DNA from: Burkholderiaceae bacterium
GTDB taxonomy: Bacteria > Pseudomonadota > Gammaproteobacteria > Burkholderiales > Burkholderiaceae_D
Length of the DNA: 64,000 nucleotides
Direction: 5' to 3'
NCBI GenBank assembly: GCA_036561005.1
Contig: DATBQE010000239.1
Span: 885 to 64,884 of the forward strand
Of the stretch, positions 34,302 to 44,490 are shown piece by piece. Position 1 is the first letter of the stretch; every line of letters starts with the position of its first letter. Position numbers and translations under genes: made by a program. The notes beneath the pieces are model-generated. The model ran no database searches. It worked only from the letters and a program-made list of their open reading frames with translations, and had not been told where the DNA came from.

Positions 34302-37064
34302 ATGATCGATTTCACCCATTTCTTCAGCAACTTTGTCCGCTCGCGCGGCATGACCGACAAATTTCGCCGGTTAAGCCTGGTCGACATGTTGAAGCGCCCG
34401 ATTGCGCCCAAAGACATGCCGCTGGTGGCCACCATCTCGCTGATGGACGCCTCGCGAAGCGAAGCGGCAACGCTGCTGGCCGAGCTCAATTCGCATGACG
34501 ACGGCTTGACCGAGGCGCAGGCAGAGGGCATCCGCGCCATTGCCGGCCCCAATGAAATCGAAAGCGAAAAACCGCGGCCGTGGTGGGTGCATCTGTGGCA
34601 GTGCTATCGCAATCCCTTCAATCTTTTGTTGACGGTGCTGGCCGGCATTTCGTATTACACGGAAGACGTGAAAGCCACCATCGTGATCGGCTCGATGGTC
34701 GCCCTGTCGACCCTGATCCGTTTCTACGAAGAGTCGCGCTCGAACAGGGCGGCCGAGAAATTGAAGGAAATGGTCAGCAACAAAGCAACCGTCCTGCGGC
34801 GCAATCTGGTCGACCCGATGCTGCAGCAATCGAGCGCCTATTTCGGCGTCGCCCTGGCGCCCACGGCGCCGGCACGGGTGGAGTTGCCCATCAAGCTGCT
34901 GGTGCCCGGCGATGTCATTGCCCTGTCTGCCGGCGACATGATCCCGGCCGACGTGCGCCTGCTGGCAGCCAAGGACTTGTTTGTCAGCCAGGCCGCCATG
35001 ACGGGCGAATCGCTGCCGGTGGAAAAATTCCCGCTCCAGCATGACGCCACACTGGCCGCCAATCCGCTCGAACTCGACAACATCTGCTTCATGGGCACCA
35101 ATGTGGTCAGCGGTTCTGCGCGGGCGGTTGTGCTCACCACCGGCAACCGCACGCTGTTCGGCATGCTGGCGCACCGCGCCACGGCGGTCGAGCGCACGCC
35201 GACCGCGTTCCAGCAAGGGATCAACAAAGTGAGTTGGCTGCTGGTGCGCTTCATGCTGGTGATGACGCCCATCGTGCTGTTGTTGAACGGTCTGGTCAAG
35301 GGCGACTGGTTTGACGCCACCCTGTTTGCCATCGCCATCGCCATCGGCATGACGCCGGAAATGCTGCCCATGATCGTCACCGCAACCCTGGCCAAGGGCG
35401 CGGTCTACCTCTCGCGCAAGAAAGTGATCGTCAAGCGGCTCGACGCGATCCAGAATTTCGGCGCCATGGACGTGCTGTGCACCGACAAGACCGGCACGCT
35501 CACGCAGGACAAGATTTACCTGGAACGCCACACCGATGTATTGGGCCACCCCTCCGACGACGTGCTGGAACACGCCTACCTCAACAGCTACTACCAGACC
35601 GGCCTGAAAAACCTGCTCGACGTGGCCGTGCTCGAACATGCCGAATTGCAGCGCGAACTCAACATCGCCACCAATTTCCGCAAGGTCGATGAAATCCCGT
35701 TCGACTTCCAGCGCCGCCGCATGTCGGTCGTCATCGCCGAATGCAACGACAAGCACCGCCTGATCTGCAAGGGTGCGCTCGAAGAAGTGCTTGCCGTCTG
35801 CACGCGCGTGCGCATCGGCAATGAAGACTGGCCGCTGGAACATGAACACCTCGACCGCATCCGCGAGGTCACCTCGGAATTGAATAACGACGGCCTGCGC
35901 GTGGTGGCAGTGGCAGCGCGCGAAATGCCGCCCAGCCAGGAGATATATGGCGTGCGCGATGAAAGCGACCTGACCCTGATCGGGTACATCGCCTTCCTCG
36001 ACCCGCCCAAGGAATCCACCGCCCCTGCACTGGAAGCCCTGCGCGAGCACGGCATTACCGTCAAAGTCCTGACCGGCGACAATGCGCTGGTCACGACAAA
36101 GGTATGCCGCGAGGTCGGCCTGCCGATCGATAGCGTGCTGCTCGGTTCCGACATAGAGAACATCAGCGACGCCGAATTGGGCCGCCTTGCCGAAACCTGC
36201 CACGTTTTTGCCAAGCTCACGCCGACGCACAAGGAACGCGTGGTGCGCGCGCTGCGCACCAACGGCCACGTGGTCGGTTTCCTCGGTGACGGCATCAACG
36301 ACGCCGCCGCATTGCGCGCAGCCGACATCGGCATCTCGGTCGATTCTGCAGTCGATATTGCCAAAGAAGCGGCCGACATCATCCTGCTGGAAAAAAGCCT
36401 GATGGTGCTGGAACAAGGCGTGCTCGAAGGCAGGCGCACGTCGGCCAATATGGTGAAGTACGTGAAGATGAATGCCAGCTCCAACTTCGGCAACGTGTTC
36501 TCGGTGCTGGTGGCGAGCGTGTTCCTGCCCTTCCTGCCCATGCTGCCGCTGCAATTGCTGGTGCAGAATCTGCTGTACGACTTCTCCCAGGTGGCCATTC
36601 CCTTCGACCATGTCGATGCGGAACAGCTGACGCGCCCGCAGCGCTGGAACCCCGGCGACATCGGACGCTTCATGATCTTCTTCGGCCCCATCAGCTCCAT
36701 TTTCGACATCGCCACCTTCGCGCTGATGTGGTACGTCTTCGGCGCCAACAGCGCCGATTCGCAATCGCTGTTCCAGTCAGGCTGGTTCGTCGAGGGCTTG
36801 CTGTCGCAAACCCTGATCGTACACATGATACGCACGCGCAAGATCCCCTTCCTGCAAAGCCGCGCCGCGTGGCCGCTGCTGCTGGGCACGATCTGCATCA
36901 TCGCAGTCGGCATCTTCCTGCCCTTGAGCCCCATCGCCGGCTACTTCAAGCTGCAACCCCTGCCCTGGCTCTACTTCCCCTGGCTGGTGGTGGTGCTGGT
37001 GGCCTACGTGGGACTGACGCAGGTGATGAAAGGAATCTACAGCAGGCGTTATGGCTGGCAATAG
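34302..37064 (+). CDS. mgtA: magnesium-translocating P-type ATPase
   Basis: 920 aa. DKTGTLT phosphorylation motif, TGESLPVEK, GDGINDAAAL and MTGDN-like VLTGDN are present. The overall length and the ends are typical of MgtA/MgtB. Confidence 0.92.
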   Translation: MIDFTHFFSNFVRSRGMTDKFRRLSLVDMLKRPIAPKDMPLVATISLMDASRSEAATLLAELNSHDDGLTEAQAEGIRAIAGPNEIESEKPRPWWVHLWQCYRNPFNLLLTVLAGISYYTEDVKATIVIGSMVALSTLIRFYEESRSNRAAEKLKEMVSNKATVLRRNLVDPMLQQSSAYFGVALAPTAPARVELPIKLLVPGDVIALSAGDMIPADVRLLAAKDLFVSQAAMTGESLPVEKFPLQHDATLAANPLELDNICFMGTNVVSGSARAVVLTTGNRTLFGMLAHRATAVERTPTAFQQGINKVSWLLVRFMLVMTPIVLLLNGLVKGDWFDATLFAIAIAIGMTPEMLPMIVTATLAKGAVYLSRKKVIVKRLDAIQNFGAMDVLCTDKTGTLTQDKIYLERHTDVLGHPSDDVLEHAYLNSYYQTGLKNLLDVAVLEHAELQRELNIATNFRKVDEIPFDFQRRRMSVVIAECNDKHRLICKGALEEVLAVCTRVRIGNEDWPLEHEHLDRIREVTSELNNDGLRVVAVAAREMPPSQEIYGVRDESDLTLIGYIAFLDPPKESTAPALEALREHGITVKVLTGDNALVTTKVCREVGLPIDSVLLGSDIENISDAELGRLAETCHVFAKLTPTHKERVVRALRTNGHVVGFLGDGINDAAALRAADIGISVDSAVDIAKEAADIILLEKSLMVLEQGVLEGRRTSANMVKYVKMNASSNFGNVFSVLVASVFLPFLPMLPLQLLVQNLLYDFSQVAIPFDHVDAEQLTRPQRWNPGDIGRFMIFFGPISSIFDIATFALMWYVFGANSADSQSLFQSGWFVEGLLSQTLIVHMIRTRKIPFLQSRAAWPLLLGTICIIAVGIFLPLSPIAGYFKLQPLPWLYFPWLVVVLVAYVGLTQVMKGIYSRRYGWQ

Positions 37065-37287
37065 CGCAGCCATGCGCGTTGGCATTGACTTGCGGCGGCG
37101 GGACGCCAATGTGCTCCACCGAAGCGTCGCTGGAGATTGCGACCGGCCTGTGTGCCATGTCCGGGTTACACAGGGCATCGGCTCTCCCAATACAGGTCAT
37201 TCATCCAACACTGGGACAATAAACATCGCAAAATGAAGCCGCGGCATTCCGCATAGGCGTTTGGCCGGGAATGGCATAATTAGCATT

Positions 37288-37355
37288 CGTAGGCTGGGAT
37301 GCAATCCCAGCAATCACCTCTCAATGCATGCGCTGGGATTACATCCCAGCCTACG
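37288..37355. repeat. REP-like composite inverted repeat (two 24-nt arms, each itself a hairpin)
   Basis: CGTAGGCTGGGATGCAATCCCAGC (37288-37311) and GCTGGGATTACATCCCAGCCTACG (37332-37355) are reverse complements apart from 1 nt. Each arm contains CTGGGAT-NNN-ATCCCAG. Confidence 0.7.
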
Positions 37356-37870
37356 GCCCTGTTATATGCAGTCACCGCTGAAGCAAGCAGCAAACAATTG
37401 AACTGCCAATAATCCAATAGACATTGCTGCTGCATACAGAAGACTAAAAACTACCCGAAGCCAAGTTCGCTTCAGCGATACAAAATACACAAAGATCGTA
37501 CCGGCCAGGAGACATGCCGCGAAAGCGGCCAGTCAAACGTAAAGTTTGTATCGGTGCCAATGACAGGCAAACGCACCCGTATTTGAGGGTCGGACGGCCA
37601 TTCGCGGGGAAAAATTACCTGCGCTGTCGCGTCAACTTTGGCGCGGGTTCAGTCAAGTCACTATTTCCCCCCTTTCCCGCCGCACGAACCGTAGCGTCTT
37701 ACTGCGGCCGGACTACGCAACACCCATCTGCTCCACAGTTCGACCTCGCACATCGAACGTTCCTTGGAACGAAATGAGGCATCATTTTGATCAAATTCGC
37801 CGACACTCGCAAAATAGTTACGCCCATGGAATCTTTCGAGTGCTTATTTCCCATCGCAAGTGGATAGCGA

Positions 37871-38689
37871 TTGCCAAGTGCACGCATAGCGGCTAGCATC
37901 GACTCCATGCCCCGCAACCCTGTCCAATTCACCTCAAAACGAGACCTGTATGAATGGCTACTGCTGATCGCAGCCCTGGCGTTGATCGGATCGATATTCC
38001 TTTACGTGCATGAGGCCGAAGCCGATCGCGCCGACGCAGCCGAGCGCGACCGCCTGCAAGTACTCACCAACTTCGTCGCCAACGATATCGAAGGCAACCT
38101 GACCTCGGTCAACCACGTCCTCGAAGGCGTGATCCAGGATTACCTGAGCAATTCCGGCGTCCCGGAATCCTCCCATTTCCTGACACTAAGGCTGCGCGCG
38201 CTCGAAGGCGCCATCCCGGGCGTGCGTGCGCTGCTGGTGCTCAACACCCAGGGTGTGGTGACCCACACTTCCAGGGCCATCCTGGAAAACCAGAACCTGA
38301 ACTACCGCGACTATTTCAAACAGGTTCGCGATCATCCCGACAAAACCACGCTCTATATTTCCGCCCCCTTCCAGTCGCTCAAGCAGGGCCCCGACCTTGT
38401 CATCACCGCGAGCCGGATGGTGCAGGGCCAAAACGGTCAATTTGCCGGCATGGTGGTCGCCGTGCTGGACCAGGAATATTTTTATGACCCGTTCAGAATG
38501 CTGCTCTACGCGCCCGATGTCTGGGCTTACGTCGTCCACGGCGACGGGCTGCAGGTGATCAACTTCCCGAGCAAGAAAAACAGCATCGACGGCACCGATC
38601 TGAATCGGCAGGGGAGCTTTTTCCGCCGTCATGTCGAAAGCGGCAAGATCGCCAGCATGTTGAGCGGTCGGGTGTATACCACGGGCTAA
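37871..38689 (+). CDS. N-terminal fragment of hybrid sensor kinase (TM1 + Cache-like periplasmic domain), ended by in-frame TAA
   Basis: 272-aa ORF with TM LLLIAALALIGSIFLYV and an extracytoplasmic sensor-like region. It ends ..GRVYTTG*. The next ORF continues in the same frame 3 codons later. Confidence 0.7.
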   Translation: MPSARIAASIDSMPRNPVQFTSKRDLYEWLLLIAALALIGSIFLYVHEAEADRADAAERDRLQVLTNFVANDIEGNLTSVNHVLEGVIQDYLSNSGVPESSHFLTLRLRALEGAIPGVRALLVLNTQGVVTHTSRAILENQNLNYRDYFKQVRDHPDKTTLYISAPFQSLKQGPDLVITASRMVQGQNGQFAGMVVAVLDQEYFYDPFRMLLYAPDVWAYVVHGDGLQVINFPSKKNSIDGTDLNRQGSFFRRHVESGKIASMLSGRVYTTG

Positions 38690-38698
38690 AACCGCCTG

Positions 38699-41614
38699 AT
38701 GAGCCTGCGTACCATCGCGCCTGCCGCCCTGCACATGGACAAGCCGCTAGTGATCGGCCTGAGCCGCGAATTGGCAGTCTTGGCGCTACCGTTGCAACGC
38801 CGGGCGCTGGCCCTCGGCTTAAGCTTCGCGGCCATCGCGCTCGCCTGTTGCGCCGCACTGCCGTGGATACAAGTCCGCCGCGCACGCGCAGGCGCACTGG
38901 CGGCAGAGCTGGAAAGCAACCAGCGCGCCGCGGAACAGGATCGGCGCCTGGGCAAGGCCGAGCGCGAGAGCGAATTACGCTTTCGCACGCTTATCGAAGA
39001 CGCCCCGCTGGCCGTCGCCATGCTGCGCAAAGGCCATTTTGTATATACCAACCCGCGTTATCGCGACCTGCACGGCTATTTGCCGGACGACGACCTGACG
39101 GGCATGCCCTGGGGCGCGATGATCGCGCCGGCATCGCGCGCGGCGCTGCACGAGCAGGAGGCGTTGCTCATCGCAGACTCGCCGATCGAGCAGAAATTTG
39201 AAGCGCAGGGGATGGGCAAGCAGGGCCGGCCGGTACCTGTCTTCAAAACCACCACCCGCGTCGAATTGATCGACGGCCCCGCCACGCTGGTATTTGCGCA
39301 AGATATTTCGGCGCAAAAGAGCGCCGAAAGCGCCCTGTTGCTGGCGCGCGATGTCGCCGAAGCGGCAAGCCGCAGCAAGGCCGATTTCCTGGCCAACATG
39401 AGCCACGAGATCCGCTCGCCGTTGAACGCCATGCTTGGTATGGCCTATTTGCTGGAGCAGGCGCATCTGGATTTGGATGCGCGCAACATGGTGCGGAAGA
39501 TACGCACTTCAGGACGTATGCTGCTGGGCATCATCAACGATATTCTCGATGTATCGAAGATCGAGGCCGGGCACATGGAAATCGATCAGGCGCCATTTCA
39601 GATAGGCGACGTGCTCGACAATCTGGCCGCCAGCATGGGGATCGCCGTGGCAGATAAAGACATCCAGTTGATCATTCAACCGGTGCCGGCCAATGTTTCC
39701 TCCGTAATCGGCGACGCGCTGCGGCTGGAGCAAATATTGACCAACCTGATGGGCAACGCCATCAAATTCACAAAGACAGGACGGGTTGAATTGCGTATCG
39801 CGCTGCTGTCGCGCGACGCCGCCCAGGTGGCGTTGCATTTCTCCGTCCACGACACCGGCATCGGCATTGCGCCGGAACTTCAAGGCGAAGTGTTTTCGGC
39901 GTTCGCCCAGGCGGACACATCCACCACGCGCCGTTTCGGCGGCACCGGCCTGGGACTGACAATTTGCCGCCGGCTGGTCGGCTTGATGGGCGGCGAAATC
40001 GGTTTGCACAGCACGCCTGGCCACGGGAGCGAATTCTGGTTCACCTTGCCGCTGCAACTGGCCGCCGAAGAAGAACTCTCCTCTCCCGCCATGGCCCGCA
40101 TCGAAGCATTGATTGCCGACGATAGCGACATCGGGCTCAAAGCCATCGGCGACATCGCCAATAGCCTGGGCTGGCAGGTCGACGCCGTCACGTCGGGCGA
40201 GGCCGTGCTGGCGCAATTGCGTGACCGGCGCGGCGGCAGATTGCCCAACCTTGTCGTTCTCGACTGGAAGATGCCCGGCATGGACGGCCTCGAAACGGCA
40301 CGCGCCATCCGCGAAACGCTGACTGAAGGCGAATGTCCTATTGTGATCATGGCAACCGCCTATTCGCTGGCAGGCATGGCAAGCCAGCCGGGTGCAGAGT
40401 TGGTCGACGCGGTATTGAGCAAGCCGGTTACCGCTTCGGCCCTCTATAACGCAATGATCGAGGCACAAAGCAGGCGCGCAGCCGTAGTCGGCGCCTCAGC
40501 AGCGCTACTGCATGCGCCAAACGAGGGGCTCGCGGGTGTGTCGCTACTGGTTGTCGACGACAGCGAAATCAACCGCGAAGTGGCGCAGCGCATTTTGCAG
40601 ACACAGGGTGCGAAAGTGGCCCTGGCGGTCGACGGCAGGGACGCACTGGACTGGCTGCTGGCGCATCCCGACGAAATCGATCTGGTTCTGATGGACATCC
40701 AAATGCCGGTCATGGACGGCATTGAAGCGACACGCCAATTGCGCCTCAGGCGCCAATTCGACGACCTTCCCGTGGTCGCCTTGACGGCCGGCGCGTTCAA
40801 GTCGCAGCAGGAGGCCGCGCGCGCAGCCGGCATGGTCCATTTCATCAGCAAGCCCTTCGATGTGCCCGCCACCATCGCCCTGATCCAGCGCCTCAAGCGC
40901 CACCGCTCAGGCGAAGCCGCCGGCCGATCAAGAGAAGGCAGCGGCGTTCCCGCCCACGGATACGACGACGCCATCCATATGACAGCGGCTGTCGATTCCT
41001 CGGTAATCGATACGCAGAGGGGATTGCAACTCTGGTCCGATATCCAAACCTATCGCCATTATTTGCAGTACTTCGCCGGCAGCTATGGCGATGCCGTAGA
41101 TACGGTCAATGCCAGCCTTGCCATCGACGACCGTCCTGGCGCCGCAGCGCTGGTGCACAAACTGGCAGGTGTCGCCGGTAACATGGCCCTGCCAAACACC
41201 CATCGTCTGGCGCTCGAAGCCGAGCGCGTACTCGCAACCGAACACGATCCCACGTTTGCGCTGGCGCGGCTGCAAGAGGCGCTGACGCAGGCGGCGGCCG
41301 CCATCGGCCGCTTCGCACCGCAAACGTCGGAACAATCTGCAGGGACTGAGCATGCAACCTGGGCCGCTGCGATGCCGTTATCGGCGCAGGCGCGCATCGA
41401 ACTCAGGCCGCTTTTCATTGCACTCCTGGCAGCCATCGACACCGACAATCCAACGCCGGTCGAGCCGGTTCTGGCGGCACTGTTGCAACGGCTGCCTCTC
41501 AAGGAATTGACCGACATCCGCGATTCGTCCCGCGTGTTCGATTTTCGTCAGGCCGAAGCAGCCGCGATGGATCTTGCCGAAAAACTCGGCATCATTTTAC
41601 AGGACACAAAGTGA
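38699..41614 (+). CDS. hybrid sensor histidine kinase (PAS-HisKA-HATPase-REC-REC-Hpt), C-terminal part of the interrupted gene
   Basis: 971 aa. TM LALGLSFAAIALACCAALPWI, H-box [18 protein letters not shown]-boxes GTGLGLTI, two receiver domains (LDWKMPGMDG and MDIQMPVMDG), and Hpt HKLAGVAGNMAL. Confidence 0.85.
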   Translation: MSLRTIAPAALHMDKPLVIGLSRELAVLALPLQRRALALGLSFAAIALACCAALPWIQVRRARAGALAAELESNQRAAEQDRRLGKAERESELRFRTLIEDAPLAVAMLRKGHFVYTNPRYRDLHGYLPDDDLTGMPWGAMIAPASRAALHEQEALLIADSPIEQKFEAQGMGKQGRPVPVFKTTTRVELIDGPATLVFAQDISAQKSAESALLLARDVAEAASRSKADFLANMSHEIRSPLNAMLGMAYLLEQAHLDLDARNMVRKIRTSGRMLLGIINDILDVSKIEAGHMEIDQAPFQIGDVLDNLAASMGIAVADKDIQLIIQPVPANVSSVIGDALRLEQILTNLMGNAIKFTKTGRVELRIALLSRDAAQVALHFSVHDTGIGIAPELQGEVFSAFAQADTSTTRRFGGTGLGLTICRRLVGLMGGEIGLHSTPGHGSEFWFTLPLQLAAEEELSSPAMARIEALIADDSDIGLKAIGDIANSLGWQVDAVTSGEAVLAQLRDRRGGRLPNLVVLDWKMPGMDGLETARAIRETLTEGECPIVIMATAYSLAGMASQPGAELVDAVLSKPVTASALYNAMIEAQSRRAAVVGASAALLHAPNEGLAGVSLLVVDDSEINREVAQRILQTQGAKVALAVDGRDALDWLLAHPDEIDLVLMDIQMPVMDGIEATRQLRLRRQFDDLPVVALTAGAFKSQQEAARAAGMVHFISKPFDVPATIALIQRLKRHRSGEAAGRSREGSGVPAHGYDDAIHMTAAVDSSVIDTQRGLQLWSDIQTYRHYLQYFAGSYGDAVDTVNASLAIDDRPGAAALVHKLAGVAGNMALPNTHRLALEAERVLATEHDPTFALARLQEALTQAAAAIGRFAPQTSEQSAGTEHATWAAAMPLSAQARIELRPLFIALLAAIDTDNPTPVEPVLAALLQRLPLKELTDIRDSSRVFDFRQAEAAAMDLAEKLGIILQDTK

Positions 41615-42612
41615 ATCGTTCCATTATCCTGATCGTCGACGACGAGCCGGCCAACCTGGCGATCATGCGCGACATTCTTTGCGACACCTACACCCTGGCA
41701 TTCGCACGCAATGGCGGTGAAACGCTCGCCGCAGTGGTCAAACATACGCCTGCGATGGTATTGCTCGACGTCGGTCTGCCCGATATCAGTGGCTACGAAC
41801 TGTGCCGTCAGATCAAGCAAATCGACGCGACGGGGAACGTGCAAATCATCTTTGTGACCGGTTATACCGACAACGATCACGAAACGGCCGGTTTCGACGC
41901 CGGCGGCGCGGACTACATCGTCAAGCCGGTTTCACCGCCCATCGTGCGCGCGCGCGTCGCCACCCACCTCTCACTGGTGCGCGCCGGTTTGTTGGCGCAA
42001 AGTTATCGCGATGCAATCCTGATGCTGGGCGTGGCCGGCCATTTCAACGACACCGACACCGGTGCCCACATTTGGCGCATGGCAGCCTACGCCCGCGCGC
42101 TCGCCATCGCATCCGGCTGGAGCGAAGACGATGCCGACCGGCTGGAACTGGCGGCGCCCATGCACGACACCGGCAAGATCGGCATTCCGCAGGGCATATT
42201 GCGCAAGCCCGGCCCGCTCGATGAACAGGAATGGGCGATCATGAGAACCCATCCACAAATCGGCTACGACATCCTGGCAAAGAGCAGCGCACCGGTATTC
42301 CAGCTGGCGGCGCAAGTGGCGTTGCGGCACCACGAAAAATGGGACGGCAGCGGCTATCCCGATGGGCTGGCGGGCGAAAACATCGCGCAATCGGCACGCA
42401 TCGTGGCGCTGGCAGACGTGTTCGACGCGCTCAGCATGCAGCGCCCTTACAAGGACGCCTGGGGTGTGGAGAAAATTTTGGAATACATCAACGCCGGCGC
42501 CGGGGCGCATTTCGACCCGAACCTGGTGCGCGTCTTTTCCGAAATCCTGCCGCAGCTTCTCGAAATACAAAACAAATGGAACGCAAAAGACGCCGTCCCG
42601 GCGCCGCCCTGA
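41611..42612 (+). CDS. response regulator with HD-GYP domain (RpfG family c-di-GMP phosphodiesterase)
   Basis: 333 aa. GTG start overlapping the kinase stop (GTGA). REC ILIVDDEPANL..LLDVGLPDISG, followed by HDTGKIGIP...HPQIGY...HHEKWDGSGYPDGL. Confidence 0.88.
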   Translation: MNRSIILIVDDEPANLAIMRDILCDTYTLAFARNGGETLAAVVKHTPAMVLLDVGLPDISGYELCRQIKQIDATGNVQIIFVTGYTDNDHETAGFDAGGADYIVKPVSPPIVRARVATHLSLVRAGLLAQSYRDAILMLGVAGHFNDTDTGAHIWRMAAYARALAIASGWSEDDADRLELAAPMHDTGKIGIPQGILRKPGPLDEQEWAIMRTHPQIGYDILAKSSAPVFQLAAQVALRHHEKWDGSGYPDGLAGENIAQSARIVALADVFDALSMQRPYKDAWGVEKILEYINAGAGAHFDPNLVRVFSEILPQLLEIQNKWNAKDAVPAPP

Positions 42613-42748
42613 CAGATCGATGCCAGTGGGCGGCAAGCTGGCCGCGAGCGGAACAACGGCAAGCCTGCGGCGTGCCCGACAGTTGACTGTGTTGAACCTG
42701 CCCTCGCTATTCGATTGCAGCCGGCGCGCATTTCCCCCCGAACCCGTT

Positions 42749-43516
42749 ATGGGTTTTTCCCCAAGGCTCGCACGATGGATTCGAGAATCCATGCAAATGG
42801 CACAAGGACGAACCCGTTCGACGCTTCTTTCGCCGCCTGCATCCACAGCGAGTCAGGGCACAAATTCGTTCTTTAGCTGGCATGACGTTCGATTTACCGA
42901 CTTTGCGCAGCAAATCCACGCGGACAATAAGGTGACGGGATATACTGGAGCCTGGCAGCTGGCTATTACAGCATTATTTCTTTGGAATCTCATCATTTTG
43001 AACACCGCAAAACCCAAACGCTGGAATGGCAAGATCGAATCGCTGACGGCAGATTATCTCAATCGCGTGCTGGAACAAATGCTCTCCTACGGCGAACGCG
43101 TCCAATTCGCGCTCACCGGCGGCGCGCAGGGCCCGCAGTATCAGGTTATCAACGCGTCTGAAAAGAAAATGACCTTCGACAGCGGCCACCTGTTGACCGC
43201 GAATGCCGACAATTTCCTGCGCGGCACGACGTCACCCATCTATACGCTGGAGCAGATTGAAGCCGTTATCGCCGGCACGAACAAGAAAACTGCCGCCACA
43301 GGCGCGAAACGCAGCAGCAGCAGCGGCGGCGGTACGCGCACAACAGCGGCGCAAAAGATCGCGTTAATTGACGCCGAGAAGTACGAATACTTTAAGAACA
43401 ATCGCGCAACCATGCCGGCCAACATCAGCAAGCATGCGCAGGAAATCACGGCATTGATGATGAACGGACTGTCGGTGGAAGATGCGTTCGCCGATGTGAT
43501 TAAGCGGTGCCGTTGA
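42749..43516 (+). CDS. hypothetical protein (ORFan-like, low GC); start uncertain
   Basis: This is the 3' part of track ORF 42362..43516 that lies beyond the HD-GYP gene stop. Candidate ATGs are at 42620, 42749, 42791 and 42797. By my count, 42961-43020 has 23 G+C in 60 nt. No family recognised. Confidence 0.4.
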   Translation: MGFSPRLARWIRESMQMAQGRTRSTLLSPPASTASQGTNSFFSWHDVRFTDFAQQIHADNKVTGYTGAWQLAITALFLWNLIILNTAKPKRWNGKIESLTADYLNRVLEQMLSYGERVQFALTGGAQGPQYQVINASEKKMTFDSGHLLTANADNFLRGTTSPIYTLEQIEAVIAGTNKKTAATGAKRSSSSGGGTRTTAAQKIALIDAEKYEYFKNNRATMPANISKHAQEITALMMNGLSVEDAFADVIKRCR

Positions 43517-43596
43517 CTAAATTTTGACTGAGCTTACAGCTGATTGATCAGAGTCGGATGCGGTCAGTCGTTGATATCAACAATGACGGTTACTAG

Positions 43597-43712
43597 TCAG
43601 TAAGGTAGGCACTCGTGCCCACGCGCAATTCGAATCGGGAAAGATTATCGCGTGTAGCGAGTCGAACTGCTTGTGTGCGAAAACGCGTGGGAACGGGTGT
43701 CCACCCTACGCG
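43597..43712 (+). repeat. ~116-bp structured repeat, copy A
   Basis: TCAGTAAGGTAGGCACTCGTGCCCACGCG...CTGCTTGTGTGCGAAAACGCGTGGGAACGGGTGTCCACCCTACGCG. It is homologous to 44372-44490. The 5' and 3' ends are mutually complementary. Confidence 0.7.
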
Positions 43713-43861
43713 TCCTCGTCGCGTGACTACGGGATAATTCCTTTCGAGGCTAAGTACCGAATGTCTTTTCTGGATATAGGCGAAAGGTCGTTGTGGGTCG
43801 CTTGTACTCGGCCAAGTTTATCGAAGTTATATTCTCAAATGCATGCGTGAGATATCGTCAA

Positions 43862-44335
43862 ATGCAAAAATTATTGACCATTAGGCGGTTCGTCGCAGTA
43901 TTGCTCGCAATCTGCTTTGTATTGCCACTTTCGAAGTGCACTTCAACGGTTGACCCGGATGGACGCGTTGTAGCTGCCGCTACATACCTGCGCGCTTATG
44001 ACGTGGTGAAAGGAGGTTGGACCGATATTCATGGACAGAATTTGCAGAACGGTATCGTTACTATATTCGCCGCAGTCGTTGTTTTTTTTCTTCCATTCGT
44101 TTGCTTAACATTAAACGATGTTGCGCAATCGGTTATACATTTTGTCGCATCCTTTCCGGCAGGCTACGTGCTTTATTGTTGGGTATTCCTATTTGGCAGC
44201 GCCCCGCAATATGGAGGGATCGTAGCGGTCGGGTGCTGGCTAATTTTATTCGTCATCAGCACGTTTTGCATTCTTCGACGCTGGCCATTTAGACGACTGT
44301 TCAACAGTACTGTAGACGGTGCGAGGAACTCGTGA
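43862..44335 (+). CDS. hypothetical polytopic membrane protein (low GC)
   Basis: Met24 of track ORF 43793..44335. MQKLLTIRRFVAVLLAICFVLPLSKC is followed by further hydrophobic helices. The gene is flanked by repeat copies A and B. Confidence 0.45.
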   Translation: MQKLLTIRRFVAVLLAICFVLPLSKCTSTVDPDGRVVAAATYLRAYDVVKGGWTDIHGQNLQNGIVTIFAAVVVFFLPFVCLTLNDVAQSVIHFVASFPAGYVLYCWVFLFGSAPQYGGIVAVGCWLILFVISTFCILRRWPFRRLFNSTVDGARNS

Positions 44336-44371
44336 ACCGCATCGGCCAATCGGAAAAGATCATGGTGCTTC

Positions 44372-44490
44372 TCAGTCGGGTTAGCAACCGTGCCCAGGCG
44401 AAACTCGATTCGTGAAACATCACGTTGCTTTTGCAAGTCGCACTGCTTGTGTGCGACAAACGCGTGGGCGCGGGTGCCCACGCTACTCGG
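44372..44490 (+). repeat. ~116-bp structured repeat, copy B
   Basis: TCAGTCGGGTTAGCAACCGTGCCCAGGCG...GTCGCACTGCTTGTGTGCGACAAACGCGTGGGCGCGGGTGCCCACGCTACTCGG. By eye the last ~45 nt are nearly identical to copy A. It contains hairpins GTCGCAC-N7-GTGCGAC and GTGGGC-N6-GCCCAC. Confidence 0.7.

Noticed and set aside
34371-36764. 797-aa minus-strand ORF
   Set aside because: It is antisense to mgtA (DKTGTLT, GDGINDA and other motifs). Shadow ORF.
37362-37490. 42-codon hydrophobic minus-strand sORF (GTG start; ..YFVSLKRTWLRVVFSLLYAAAMSIGLLAVQLFAACFSGDCI) convergent with mgtA
   Set aside because: It looks like a two-helix peptide and brought MgtR/MgtS-type regulators to mind. However, it has no Shine-Dalgarno sequence and needs a GTG start. 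T-rich DNA easily yields hydrophobic frames, and it abuts the REP element. The evidence is insufficient.
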